Below are positions 1-12,139 of a DNA stretch of 64,000 nucleotides, piece by piece. The DNA lies in assembly GCF_018350175.1 (NCBI RefSeq), contig NC_058370.1, positions 127,968,001 to 128,032,000 of the forward strand, given 5' to 3'. Position 1 is the first letter of the stretch; each line of letters starts with the position of its first letter. The translations under genes and the position numbers were made by a program. Source of the DNA: Felis catus. Its lineage: Eukaryota. The notes under the pieces were generated by a model, which was given only the letters and a program-made list of their open reading frames with translations, was not told where the DNA came from and ran no database searches.

Positions 1-808
1 GACCCAGGCATACCCTGCTCTCCAGCCGCCCCTCTCTCTGCCAGCACTTTTGTTTCTTGCCCTCTGTCTGGCCCGCGGCCCCAACTGTGCGTGCACAGGA
101 CATCCCCCACCAGGCACTCTCTCTCCCCTCCTCTGTCTCTCCCCCTTCCCTATTTCTTTCTCTCTCTGGTGAAGCCAGGGCGGGGGGGGGGGGGGGGGAG
201 GTGTCTCCCAATAGGGGAAAGACCCTCTTCTCTCTGTGCACCCTCAGGCACCCAGCGTCTGAGCACTGGCTGGCCTCCGCTGAGGCTGTGGTCCACTACG
301 GTAGGCATTGCATGGAAATTCAGTTTCTCAGATCCCACAGTGCCAGTCCTTGCCCCCTTCCTAAAGAGAAGCACGGAGGTGTGTGCAGAATCCGACCGTC
401 CTGGGGGCCAGAAGCCCGGGGTTATGGACCCCGCGGTGCGCAAGTTCCCTGAGAAAGAGAAATGATGTTGGGCCGGTCACTTTCCCTTTCTGGGCTCGGT
501 CGCTGGCTGGCTGTAACACAAAGAGGTGAGACTAAAGGGTTACTCCTAGTCTCTTCTGGCTGGAACACTCTGGGATTCAGAGATGGGGGCTGGGGGAGCA
601 GCATTCCTGGGGAGTGACACAATTCCAAACGGGGAGATCAAAGGGGCTCTGCAGAGGGAGGCCCCAACCGGGAGCTCACAGGCCTGCGTCTGGGGTCAGT
701 AATTAGCTCCTGCCGCCACCTTCCTCTCCCCGCTCCGTGCTCCGGGCGGCGGGCAGGTGGGCGAGCACTGTGAGCCCAGCAACAGAGTCCTCCCCAGACC
801 GGAGGATC

Positions 809-831
809 GGGGGAGCAGGGGAGAGGGAGGG
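809..831 (+). other. Canonical G-quadruplex motif in a GC/CpG-rich patch
   Basis: gggggagcaggggagagggaggg = G5-N4-G4-N3-G3-N1-G3. Confidence 0.6.
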
Positions 832-946
832 CGAGAGCCCACCGGGAACTGTGACATCTGTATGGAACTTTCTGTTAGACAGACGCAAAGTTTAAACATT
901 TTAACAAAAAGCAGTCCACTCCAGGCTTTCTCGGCACCAGTGTGAG

Positions 947-1174
947 NNNNNNNNNNNNNNNNNNNNNNNNNNNNNNNNNNNNNNNNNNNNNNNNNNNNNN
1001 NNNNNNNNNNNNNNNNNNNNNNNNNNNNNNNNNNNNNNNNNNNNNNNNNNNNNNNNNNNNNNNNNNNNNNNNNNNNNNNNNNNNNNNNNNNNNNNNNNNN
1101 NNNNNNNNNNNNNNNNNNNNNNNNNNNNNNNNNNNNNNNNNNNNNNNNNNNNNNNNNNNNNNNNNNNNNNNNNN
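947..1174. other. Assembly gap (228 N); further gaps at 5620-5752, 26861-27016, 32158-32290, 32992-33214, 34087-34341, 49093-49249, 56875-57013, 57772-57903
   Basis: N runs seen directly. Confidence 0.99.
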
Positions 1175-1807
1175 CCGGGGTCAGGCTCTGACTGGGGGCA
1201 CCGGGAAACTGCCAGAGTGTTTCAATATGTGTGGTGTTTGTCATGCAATCAGGCCCGCCAAAACCTCCCCTTGTGGGGCCTGTCTTTGGGGGACCATTCT
1301 GGAGACAGAGCTCTCGGGCAGTCAGGGCCCCCCAGGTCCTATTCTGGCGGGTACAGGGGGCACCAGGGCCATCGGTCTGGAGGCAGCTTTTTCTTCAGAG
1401 TCCAGGCCTGAGATCCAGGAGTCAAGGTGCTGGGAAAAACAACCACATTAGGTGCCTGTGCATTCGTTTCAGAGGTTTGCTGTGTAGACACAGTGGCTGT
1501 GTGAGGGCAGGAGTGATTCTCAGCCACTCAGCGAGCCAGCTCGGGGCGTCAAGCAGAGCGAGAGAGCAAGTCTGTAAGCAGTCAGGGCCAGGAGAGAAAT
1601 CAAAGCATTTCTTTTGATTGGATTTAGCTTAGTGATTGCAAAAGACCCAAATCTACACCACGGCAGCTCCCGCCAGTGGCTTTCAACTTCCGCTTGCATA
1701 TTCCAGCGGTGGGCAACTCACCATCCTGAAAGGCTGTATCCACCCCTGGGGGGGAGTGGCTGTCATAATTAGGAAGAGCGTCCTTCCACGGAGTTGGAAG
1801 AGTCCTT

Positions 1808-1932
1808 CTTTCTTTTTTTAAGTTCATTTATTTATTTATTTTTAGTCATCTTTACCCCCAATGAGGGACTCGAACCCACAACTGTGAGATCAAGAGTCGC
1901 GAGCGCTTCCAACCAAGCCAGCCAGGCACCCC
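1808..1932 (-). mobile_element. Short (old-type) Can-SINE, tRNA-derived
   Basis: Minus strand reads ggggtgcctggctggcttggttggaagcgctcgcgactcttgatctcacagttgtgggttcgagtccc followed by an A-rich tail. Confidence 0.9.
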
Positions 1933-1989
1933 CTTCTCGAACACGCACCCAACGAACGCTGTTCTGCTTCACGCAGCTGAACAAACAGT

Positions 1990-2180
1990 AGGATCTCTAG
2001 AGCCAGATAGACCTGGACTCAAAAGCCGGCTCCATGTTTCCATGGAGCAAGTCGCTTTGATTTTAAGCTTCTGCTTCCTCTTTGGCAAATCGGGTTTTTT
2101 GCATTGACTTTTGAGGATGAGAAACAATGTTTATAAAGCTCCTATCAGAGCATCTGGCATACAGTTGGTCCTTAATGAGA
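1990..2180 (+). mobile_element. MIR SINE relic
   Basis: ctctagagccagatagacctgg...gagcaagtcgctt...tctggcatacagttggtccttaat resembles the MIR consensus. Confidence 0.7.
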
Positions 2181-2269
2181 CATTCATATTCCCTACCACC
2201 TGTCATGACCCATGAGGTTCCCCTTCTCCAAGCTTAACATCCCCCAACCCCAACCCCAATTCATTACAG

Positions 2270-2545
2270 AGTGAGTGTCTGGTGGGAGACCATGAAGAGA
2301 GCGGTCTCCAGCGACAGAATGATGAAGGAGGACCTTCTACACGGAGGGCGGAACGAGGTGGCTCCAAGAAGTTCAGGTGAAGCCTAGTAAAATAGGGAAG
2401 TGTGTGGTAGGGAGAGGAGCGATAGCACAGAAGAGGAGTCTGAAACGTACAGGAGACATTTAGAGGCCAGTGGAAGAGGACGGTTTGTCTAGAACATAGG
2501 ATGAAGGGAAGGAGAGACCATACAGCTAGGGCAGAACTCTCGTAG
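2270..2545 (-). mobile_element. L2 LINE fragment
   Basis: Purine-rich antisense L2-like sequence. Confidence 0.5.
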
Positions 2546-2559
2546 GGAGACCTTTGAGT

Positions 2560-2785
2560 GTCGTGCCAAGGTGCTTCAGGAGTAACTACTATGCTTGTAA
2601 ATTGGGCTTTTACGGTACACTCATGATCCACTCCGATCCTTACAACAGTGCAAAGAAGCAAATATTGCTACCCCCAGCTCACACACGTGGAAACAGAGGC
2701 TAAGAGAGTTTAGGCGGCTTGCCAAGATCACGGTAAGTGGAAGGGGTTCCTAGGATCTAGATCTTCTAACATCAGACCCAGACTC
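2560..2785 (-). mobile_element. MIR relic
   Basis: gaaacagaggctaagagagtttaggcggcttgccaagatcac matches the antisense MIR core. Confidence 0.75.
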
Positions 2786-3114
2786 ATGGAACGATCTGTG
2801 GTCTTGCTGAAAACACAAAAGCAATGCAAACAGATGAGCAAACAGAGGGAGAGAGAGCTCAGGATGGGCCCAATTTGTAAGAGAAACCTTCCTGGAAGAG
2901 AGGGGCCTCGCTTGGGGTCTTCTCCACATTGGAGTCGATTGGCTTTTGAAGGCCCTGCGACTAAGCCATTAAATGCCCAGATCTAAGGAGAGACAGCCAG
3001 TGATGTCTCTAGAATTCAGTTTGCCTTTACAAATATTTGAGTTATCTGCAAAATTGTGGAAATTATATCACAGGTACGTTGATGACACTAGTGGCTGCAG
3101 AGTGTGGACCCACA

Positions 3115-3300
3115 TTTATTACGTACATGTTACCGGCTAGGAACTTTTACACAAACTCTCTGTATTTGTCTTCACCCAACCCAGAGTGGTAGACATCTTT
3201 ATGTTCATTTTCCAGATGAGGAAACTAAAGCCTAAAGTCAAGTCCTTAGTCTAAGACATACATCTCTCTGGCTACAAATCGTGGACTCTTTCCATTCGGT
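3115..3300 (-). mobile_element. MIR relic
   Basis: cattttccagatgaggaaactaaag is the antisense MIR core. Confidence 0.75.
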
Positions 3301-3479
3301 TTATTTTACTTCTGAACTTAAAAGTGGTGCTCTGTCTGGGGTCATACCTCCAGACCCTGTACCTGATGACCTCAAAGCCTCAAGTCACAGACAGGTGATG
3401 GAGGGAAAAATCTCCTGTGTTTCTACCTCCTGGAACAGAAGCCGAGAGCCTGGCACCGGGTTGGTCCACCACTCCCCAT

Positions 3480-3527
3480 AATTTCTTATTTATGCTCTGA
3501 ATGAATTTCTTATTTACGCTCTGAATG
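3480..3527. repeat. 24-bp tandem duplication (1 mismatch)
   Basis: aatttcttatttatgctctgaatg / aatttcttatttacgctctgaatg. Confidence 0.9.
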
Positions 3528-5974
3528 CAAAGGTCCTCAGGACTGCTCCAGAAACCCCGTTATAATTCACTATTAATGAGCTGGGTCATTATTTCTAAGG
3601 CCCCCTCAATATCCCCCTGGGGCAAAGTCAGCCATACGCATTTACAGACAAATTACAATGCATCCCTACGACCTTCCTCACTTCCACTAAGAAAGGCCAC
3701 TGTGATCATTGCTCGCAGTCCCTTTTTGGAGCAGCAGTGAAGGAGAAATCCACCCAGAGCGTATGGAGGACCCCTGGATTGGAGGGGAGACAGCTCCTGT
3801 GTAGGCTGACCCTCCAGCCCCAAGAGTCATCGGTCTAACCAGCAATGACCAGGACAAAGGCAGAAAGCCGACGAGTCGCACAGTGGATGCTTCTCTGTGT
3901 TAGAGACGCAGACATTAACATTTCCTAGTATTCCATGGGCCCTGAGTGTTCAGATAAACTAGGGCCTCCAACTCTGGGTTCCGTGAGATGACAACACTCA
4001 GGCTCCAGTTCGAGGACCGATTTCATCGTCTTCCATAGTCAACACAAAGCATTACAATGATACCACATCCCCAAACACTGAGATGTGATCAACCTTCCTT
4101 TTTCTTTTTCTCCTGATTCTTCACAGCAACGTCCACCCATCTAGGCATGGTCAACACAGCGTGAATATACCAGAGATTGCAAATTTAGTAGACAAGGACT
4201 ATGAAGGCATGAGAAGAAAGCAGCTTCTATATAAATTATATATGTTGTGTATAAATCAGTATATAATTCTTGTTATGAGGCTCGGTTCCTATCAGAAAAA
4301 GAGGATGGCTTGTTTTCATTTGGTAGCCGATTGTGGGAGGGGGGCAGTGGAGGGGATTCAGAAATTTGGCAATCCAGATAGGCTTCTTGGAGGTGTTAGG
4401 GCTTGGAGCAGCCCCTGAAGGTGAGGCAGGATTCACCAGGTCATGGAAAGTGGGAAGGATGGGAGAAAGAGGGTGTCTTAAGGTACAGCAGAAGGAATGA
4501 GGTGACATGTACTATGGCAATGAGACCTGGCCAAAGGGCTCAGCAATGTGAGTGTCTGGAGACAGAAGCTTTGGCCAGACAGCGGCCCATTCTTCAGCAT
4601 CAGCGGGGGGTGGAGGCACCTGTCTTTCAAGGACGCATCTGGGAGGGCGCCACCAAGGCGATTTCACAACTGCCTGTGATTCTGCGTGTGGTACCGCAGG
4701 CGCAAGAGCGTCACTCCCGCGGAGGGACCATGGAAAGTTACCGTCTAGCCAAAGATCTATTTCTCTGGAGCCAGCACACCTCAGGCACCTGCTGCCCAGG
4801 CCTGTGCTCACTGCTCTGCCCGCTTGTGACACTCCCCGTGCCACTTTCCAAGGCTGGCTCAAGGGATTCTCCTTGCGCGAAACCTTCTGTGATTCCCGTC
4901 ACCTCCCCAAACTTCTACTTCCTCAACTGTACAGCGGAAGGAATGCCCTTCCTCTCGCCCCTGGGTGAGACGGCTGTTCTGAGCAGGAACAAAAAGTGGC
5001 CGGTACCAGGAAAGAGCCAGAAAGACCCAGACAGGAATACCGGCTCTACCTCTTCCCAAGAGGGCCCTCAGAGGGCAAAAAGCTGCTCTTCTAGCCAAAC
5101 TTTCACCATCTGGCAAGAAAAAGGGGGGGGGGGGGGGCTAGGGTGCTTATTGCAAGAGCTCCTGGCAAGTGAGGGGAGATACGACAGGTGAATTGACTCA
5201 ACTCCATTCCTGGAGGGTCAGTGGTGCCCCTTCATCTTGGCTTCCTCCCTGTGGCTTTTGATCATGATCTCTCTTTCTCTTCCTTTCCCTTACTCTCTGA
5301 AAATCGAGCCAGCCCATCTCCACATCCCCTGGCTCCGGTGGTGATCACGTGGTTTTCCAGATTACAGAGCTGGTCCTTTGGAGAGCCACAGCTCCCAATC
5401 CCTCCAAAACGGTGGGTTGTGACAAGTGATTCACTGGGACATCGGGCTAATTACAAGATGTTTCTGAGTCTGTCTGTCCCCCTCCCCATGCCCCCTACCC
5501 AGTGTGGATGTGCTGGCCTCTACAGCAACCATCAAACAGCAATCTCATAAAGCAGGCTCATCTTCCAGAAAGCAGGGCAGCTCCAGGGGCCATTTTGCAA
5601 ATGTTTGACCCCCAGGTACNNNNNNNNNNNNNNNNNNNNNNNNNNNNNNNNNNNNNNNNNNNNNNNNNNNNNNNNNNNNNNNNNNNNNNNNNNNNNNNNN
5701 NNNNNNNNNNNNNNNNNNNNNNNNNNNNNNNNNNNNNNNNNNNNNNNNNNNNACTGCGGTGGCTCCCACTGACCCACAGACCTGCTTGCCTCGTGCAGGA
5801 ATCCAGCAATGACCACTCCCACCCCCGTCCTCAGCCACACCATCCAAAATTTCAGGCTCTCCTCTTATCCCAAGCTGGAACTCGATGCCCAGCCCGGCAG
5901 GGTCTTTCCTGCAGAGAACCTGGCTAGAAGAAGTTCCAATTAAATCTCCCCAAAGGCCATAGAAGTCAGACTAT

Positions 5975-6070
5975 GCTGTGCATATGGGAAAACTGAGACT
6001 CAGAGAGGTAAAGAAGACTAATTCAAAGTCATACGGCTCATATACGATAAAGTTAATGCTAGAACCCTGG
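5975..6070 (-). mobile_element. MIR relic
   Basis: atgggaaaactgagactcagagaggtaaagaagactaattcaaagtcatac. Confidence 0.75.
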
Positions 6071-6326
6071 ATCCGCCCCCCATCATCATTCTACTTCACA
6101 AGCTACATCTGCAAAATGCTTCCATTTGCTTTAAGAGCAATGATCCATAAGACACATTTTGAAGGGTGATGCCTGGAGTAGCATCACCAAAGACTCGGTT
6201 GAACAGAGCAGCCTGGAGGTCAGATTCTAAGGGAAGCTCAGAGACCACTGGAAGATGCAGTGTGAACCCCGCTCTGTGTGCCTGGAGCAGCCTGGGCTGC
6301 CTGTCACCTCTCAAAACACACGGCGC

Positions 6327-6460
6327 GGGGCGCCTGGGGGGCCTAGTCAGCTAAGTGTCCGACCTCGGCTCAGGTCATGATCTCACGGTCCGTGGGTTTG
6401 AGCCCCGCATCAGGCTCTGTGCTGACAGCTCAGAGCCTAGAGCCTGCTTCAGATTCTGTG

Positions 6461-6496
<36 letters not shown>

Positions 6497-6506
6497 CCTC
6501 CCCCGA

Positions 6507-6550
<44 letters not shown>

Positions 6551-6569
6551 AATAAACATCAAAAAAAAA
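6327..6569 (+). mobile_element. Felid Can-SINE (SINEC_Fc family)
   Basis: ggggcgcctggg head, ggctcaggtcatgatctcacggtccgtgggtttgagcccc, (CT)n tracts, aataaa and A tail. Confidence 0.95.
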
Positions 6570-7179
6570 TGGCACATAGCAGACAGCTTATTTCAAGTGG
6601 CCCTTTGGAAACCAGGGCATAAGCAGCCTCCTCTAGACCACACAGTCTGACCTGAAGGCTTCCTGCAGCCTCTTGGATTTCCCTTGATTGTAGCACCTGC
6701 ACCTCAACCATGAACTATTGTGGGCAGGGATCAGGATGATTCACTCCTGTCTCCCCAGGACTTTCCCCCATGCCTAGCTCAAAGCACATGTTCATTATAC
6801 GTTGGTTTTATTAAGCTGAGATCCAAATTTGCCACCCCAGGGAATGCTGTCTCTTCCACTTAGCATTCCTCTGGTAAGTGATGGGAGTGTTGAAGAATAT
6901 GCTTCCGACCCTGAGACACACATTAAGGAATGTGATCCAAATCCTGCAAGACTCAGCCCATTCTTGGTTGGATGAGGTTTGGATGATAAAAATCGCACAC
7001 ATACACGCTCTGCTGTTTTGTCAAACACCAGCCTCCCGGGGAGCAGGAACGTGTGAACTCTTTTATTGGTTTCTTATTCAAGATCAATGAAACACATAGT
7101 TGAGCCTGAAATGATAAGGATCTTCTCCTTAGACTGCCAGCTGTTCCTTTTTCCCTGAGCCAACTCAGCCTTGGCTGAA

Positions 7180-7945
7180 TGCAACAGACTCTTAGTGAGT
7201 GTCTACTCTGAGCCAGTAACTGAGTGAGATGTTAGAACGACAAAAATGGATAAGGTAGAGTCCCTACTCTCAGAAGTCTGTCAGCCTACCGGAGAGAAAA
7301 GGGAGAAATCAGATCATCACGTACAAAACGACGCGTGCTGTGTAAGGGGCCCACAAGGGTATAGAAGCGTGGAAAGGGAGGATGCCGTGAACTTGGGTGA
7401 CCATGAGGCCATCATTCATTGGGTGATGCCTGAGCTGTGCGCTGAAGAGCAAACAGAAATAGCGGTGGAAAGCGGAACTCGGAAAGGCATCACAGGCAGA
7501 GCATAACATGTGAACCAAGGTCCTGAGGTGAAAAAAAGGTCTGGTGACCACAGGGAGCCCCAACTTCAGTGTTGCTGGGGCCAAGAGTCTAGGTTAGGGA
7601 GTGGCAGGTTTGGCAAAATAGAGACCCCGTCACAGAGGTTTGGTCCGCCAGCCTAGGGAGATCTGACTCCACGCTGTGGCGACGGGGAGTCATTAGACGA
7701 TTTTAAATATGGTAGCAAAGACTTCTGTGTCTTGGGACGATTCCTTAGGTGACCATGTCTGGGGTGGATTGAAGTTAGAGTTGGTCGGGGAAAGGAAATC
7801 CTCACAAGACTACTGTAACATCCCAGAAGGAAGATGCTAAGTCTGCACTGAGGGCAGCGGAAATGGGATGGAAGGAAAGGGAGGGTTCGGGAGACATTCA
7901 GCGATATAGGACAATCAGGAGTAGGTGAGCAGTTAGACGGGCGGA
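7180..7945 (-). mobile_element. L2 LINE 3' region
   Basis: Antisense L2 hallmarks: gagtgtctactctgagccag, ggcatcacaggcagagcataacatgtgaaccaaggtcctgagg, gggagtcattagacgattttaa. Confidence 0.8.
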
Positions 7946-8254
7946 ACTTAGGCTTCCTCAGTCAAGAGGCCCGTTCAGGGCCATGAGCTTGCCCTGGCCC
8001 ATCAGGTGGTAGGGCCCTGTAGGTGGGCACGCTGGGTTAGCAGAAACCAGTTGGAAATGTGCCAGGCAGAGCCATAGCTCTGTCCCTCGGACTGACTGGG
8101 AAGAATAAAGGGCATCAAGAACGGAGGGAAAGCAGCCAACGTCTCGGGAGAAGTACGGGGTTGTAAAGAACACATGTGCTGGCCTGTCAGTTACTGACTC
8201 TACAACTCCCCAGTTCTCCAAAGGTGCTCTGTGGTTATGGGCACGGCGGGGTTC

Positions 8255-8395
8255 ATTTAATTGGTAGCCTTTGAAATGTTTTTGCTCTCCAATCTTCATA
8301 AAAAGGAAATGAGGGCTGTGGTGGGCGGACGAGGTGTTGAGCCGTTCTGGCTACAAGGCAAGAGCCCGGGCCTTTGATGAACCCTGTAAATAATC
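8255..8395. promoter_or_regulatory. Candidate enhancer with two TCF/LEF motifs plus homeodomain/FOX motifs
   Basis: CCTTTGAA (8268), CCTTTGATG (8371), TTAATT (8257), TCATAAAA (8296), TGTAAATAA (8385) in non-repeat sequence. Confidence 0.3.
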
Positions 8396-8694
8396 AGTAG
8401 CACATGTCCACGCTGCACAGCCTCACACACACAGTGCTGGGGGAATGCTAGGGGAGGCAGCGAGAGGAGGCAAGGGGGAAGACATCGGCAGGTGCCGGAT
8501 CAGTGATGGTCAACAGGGCTGGCATCAGGCAATGAGATAGGAGGGCACCTGCCCTCGAATTGGGGAGCAGGGTGACGCAGAAGTCGCGCGTCCCATGCAG
8601 AACCTTGTCTTTCTTTAGATCTGTTCACTCATCCCCTTGAACGGGAACGCCAGTGCCAACCACACAGGTGTGCAACGACAATCCAGCGAGCGGC

Positions 8695-9670
8695 AGCAGA
8701 GAATAGTGGTTGCGAAAAAGCGCGAGCCTGGGGTGCTCAAATCCCTGTTCCGTGACCCGCAAGCGCCGCACCAGGACACGTCACCTTACCCCTTCACGTC
8801 TGCGTCGATCCTTCTGAGAACTGGGGCCACAGTGGCACTCCCGTCGTAGGATGATGTTAGGATTAAAGAAGATGACACCTGCATATGTTGGCACCTCGAA
8901 AGAACTCATTAAATGGGCACGTGCTCTTGATAGGAAGATGCTGAGCATCAAAGAGAGAAAGGCTCATGGTACTCCGGGCACCAACAGAGCCGGAGGATGA
9001 TAATTAACCTCCGACTCAGCGTCAAGTGCCTCGTGGGCGCATACCATTTTTGCCATCCGCGCAGCCCCAGCTCCATTCTTTATTATTCTCCGTTTACAGA
9101 CGAGACTAGCGATGCAAAGAAATTAAGTGACTTGCCCAGGGTCATACCCACTAGGATTTGCAGCCTAAATAGTTCCTCCAGAGCCCACGTCCTTGGCCAG
9201 TTACAAGGCTTACCCGTGCATAAAATGCTAGCCATTGGCCCCTGCATGGGGGAGCACTGAACTGTCCTTCTCAAGGCCTGGCATTTGTTGAGGACCTCCC
9301 GCAGGCCAGACATGTGCCAGGCACGTTACGAAATCTCACGGCATCATCATCACCATGTGAGCCGGCTCCTGTTGTCCCCACTTGACGGATCAGGTGACAG
9401 GTCCCGAGAGGTCTCCCACTCTCTGCCTCGGGCTCTGCTCTGGACGTGAGTGAGGCTGCTAGACGGAAGGGCCACGCTCTCTGTCCCCACCCCGCCATTC
9501 CCACCATTGGGAAGAGATGACAAGGAAGGGGGGAAACGGTGATCGGCCCCAGGCATTTTCATTCTCGGCGCCTTCACAGATGTTCTTTTCTCCGCAAAGC
9601 AGGTATCGTCGCCGGGTTATACATGAGGAGCCTGAGAATGAGCCGTATCTGGCAACTTCCCCAAGGTCAC
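8695..9670. mobile_element. Cluster of about four MIR relics (8695-8915 +; 9000-9190, 9270-9440, 9530-9670 -)
   Basis: MIR cores, e.g. aattaagtgacttgcccagggtcatac, caacttccccaaggtcaca, gttaggattaaagaagatga. Confidence 0.7.
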
Positions 9671-9899
9671 AAAGCAAGCCTGCCGTACCTTCCTAGTCAG
9701 CGTCTCTTCAGAAAACAGAGGGAGTGGCATTTACCTCGAAGCTCGTTTCAGAAACTGAAGACATCTGCCCGGTCCTATCCCGGACAACCGGTGCTCGTTT
9801 CGGAATTTGGGGAAGGGCCTCGGGAGGGCAGGCCACGCGCCCCCCGGCCACCAGGAGCTGCGCACGCGGCCCCTGCCTATGGGCTGGCGGCATCGGATG

Positions 9900-10010
9900 C
9901 TGCTTTAATTAGATCGCCATGGTAACGAGCTACAGGAGAACAATAGACAGTTGTGTAGTTGCGAAAATCATCAGCCTCAGACAAGGCCCGCTAAACTGTA
10001 ATTATGCCGG
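9900..10010. promoter_or_regulatory. RFX X-box + SOX + homeodomain motif cluster (candidate enhancer/promoter)
   Basis: ATCGCCATGGTAAC 9913-9926 (minus GTTACCATGGCGAT), AGAACAATAG 9937-9946, TTAATTA 9905 and TAATTA ~9999, next to a CpG-rich patch at 9780-9900. Confidence 0.45.
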
Positions 10011-11637
10011 AGTAGAAGCGATCTTCATTTTGGTGCAGGAAATAAACTGCCAGCCTAGCCTGGTTGTCTTCAGATGTTATTTGAACACCAGGGTTGGGAT
10101 TCCAAGCAAGTAGATTGTGCGAACTTACATTTTGAAATTGTCAAAACCCCATATAAAGGCGATTGTGTTTACATCCTGGATTTTGACGCGTGCGTTCCCA
10201 GAGGGGAGCCGAGAACAAGGTTGAGGAAGGGAATAGCGATCACATAGGTAGCATTTACTGAGTGTGGCCAGGACAGACATTTTATATGGTCTCCCCTGGT
10301 CATCACCATAAGCATCTACAGGGGGTGCCTCGAGCCCCGCTTTGCACAAGGCGGGAAGGCGGCTCGGGGTCTTGCCTTATGCGCAACCTTCACTGAGGAC
10401 GGAATGAGGTCCTGACCCCAGTGTGTTTGGCTCTGAGGCCCAAAGGCTTTGCCCTGAGCCACATTGCTGTTCAAGGACAAAAGGAGACAGCCCAGTCCAG
10501 CGGCACTTCTAAGAAGCCCTCTGGATCCTCCTTTTGATGAAACGTGAGGGCTTCCCTTTAATGCAGTTAGTTTTTGCTCGTCTGATAAGATGCAATTCAC
10601 TCCAGCCATCAGAGTCGCCGAGACCCATAAATAACGGAAAGATCATTTAAAAATAAATTACCGACTGAAGGCAGGGAAAACTCATCCTTCGACTGTGGCT
10701 CTCCTGGCCCCCCATAAATCTGTTGTCTTTTCGGCTCTGCAGTGGCCAGGGTCACAGACCGTAAAGAGCTTCCACAGAGAAATTTAAGAAATCCCAGCAA
10801 GATGGGGCATGCGGGAGTCATAGGAAAAGCATCTGTACCGTCGCCGGGAGCCCCGGTTGAAGGATGCCGCCCTCGGGCTGGACAGGCAGGACACGGTGGG
10901 CGCGTGCTCAGGGAGCCAGCTGCTGGCCTGCCTGCTGGGACGGCAAGGGCACCACGAGAAAGACCTCCGCCCCTGCAGCGTTCTGGTTCCTGACCTACTT
11001 TCGCGGGAAGGAACGACATTTCCAGTCCCACTGCAGCACGACGCTGCATTTCCCTTTGGAGATGGGACCCAGTGACCTCAATTCCTAAGACTGAGGATGA
11101 AGTCTGATTTTAGATTTTGTTTTTCCAAGAGAAAACGCAGTTGTGTTGGAGGAGGGGGATTGGAATGGGTAGAGAGAGCACTGGCCGCAGGGGCGGGGGA
11201 CGAGGCGCAGTCAAGGGTGGGCGGTGGCAGTGGAAGGGAAATGCGAGGAGGTCCCAGGGCCCCCACGGCTTCTCTGCATTCTGAGGCAGGACGGCAGGAT
11301 GGTGCGGTGGCCTCAGGGAGTCTCTGGATGGTTGACAAAGCAGTGCCAATGGCTGTCCCCTCATCTGTCAGCTGAGCTGTGACGCCCTCCAGCCTCCTGC
11401 TCAGAAAATGCACAACGATAGGCATCTTCTCCCCACCTGTGCTTGGCACAGCTCACAAGTGACAACACTCAGCCTCCAGGATGGTGTCGGGACACCCTCC
11501 TCTTCCGCAGTCACTTTCTCGCAGCCAGCAGGAAACAATGCATTCCTCCCTAATCCCTGGAAAGGCACAGGGTTTGGAATCCTTGACAGTTGAGCCCCAC
11601 GTGCATTGTGAGATTGCCATTTAAAGGAGTGGTTTTA

Positions 11638-11857
11638 TTAATTTTTTGTTAAGTTTTTTAATGTTTACTTATTCTTTGAGAGATAGAGAGAAAGAGTGGG
11701 GGAGGGGCAGAGAGAGAGGGGGACACAGAATCCGAAGCAGGCTCGAGGCTCTGAGCTGTCAGCACAGAGCCTGACACGGGGCTTTGACTCACAACCCTTG
11801 AGATCATGACCCGAACTTGAGTCAGTCGCTTCACCGACTGAGCCACCCAGGGCCCCC
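11638..11857 (-). mobile_element. Felid Can-SINE
   Basis: Full antisense SINEC_Fc-type sequence; degenerate TSD taaaggagtggtttta / taaaggagggatttta. Confidence 0.95.
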
Positions 11858-11874
11858 TAAAGGAGGGATTTTAA

Positions 11875-12058
11875 ACTTTGGAACAATTAACCTTTCAGGG
11901 AATGTTTGGAAAGCCGAGGACCCTTTTTCCTGTGGGACAAAGGTACGTGTGAACATACATCCAAGCATTTGTGAGCCACCCCAGAGGCTCTGCAATTCTC
12001 GGACCCCCATCCAGGGACCCCCACGTAGGGCTCCTGCCCCCGTTAAGAATCCGGCTCT
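11875..12058. mobile_element. hAT-Charlie MITE relic (MER117-like)
   Basis: cctttcagggaatgtttggaaagcc...ggacccc...gttaagaatcc resembles the recalled consensus. Confidence 0.45.
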
Positions 12059-12139
12059 GATCTAACCTCCTCATTTTACAGATGTTTGATCAGAAAAAGG
12101 GAATGACCAGCTCCAGATCACAAAGTGAGTGATCTCGCA

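Noticed and set aside
1808-1932. tRNA-like sequences with A and B boxes
   Set aside because: tRNA-derived SINE heads with A tails, not tRNA genes.
4403-5191. Longest ORF (262 aa)
   Set aside because: Non-ATG start, no recognisable domain, runs through a poly-G tract; typical chance ORF in GC-rich mammalian DNA.
9791-9803. gtgctcgtttcgg resembling the U6 snRNA 5' end
   Set aside because: Only 13 nt with a mismatch; no continuation.
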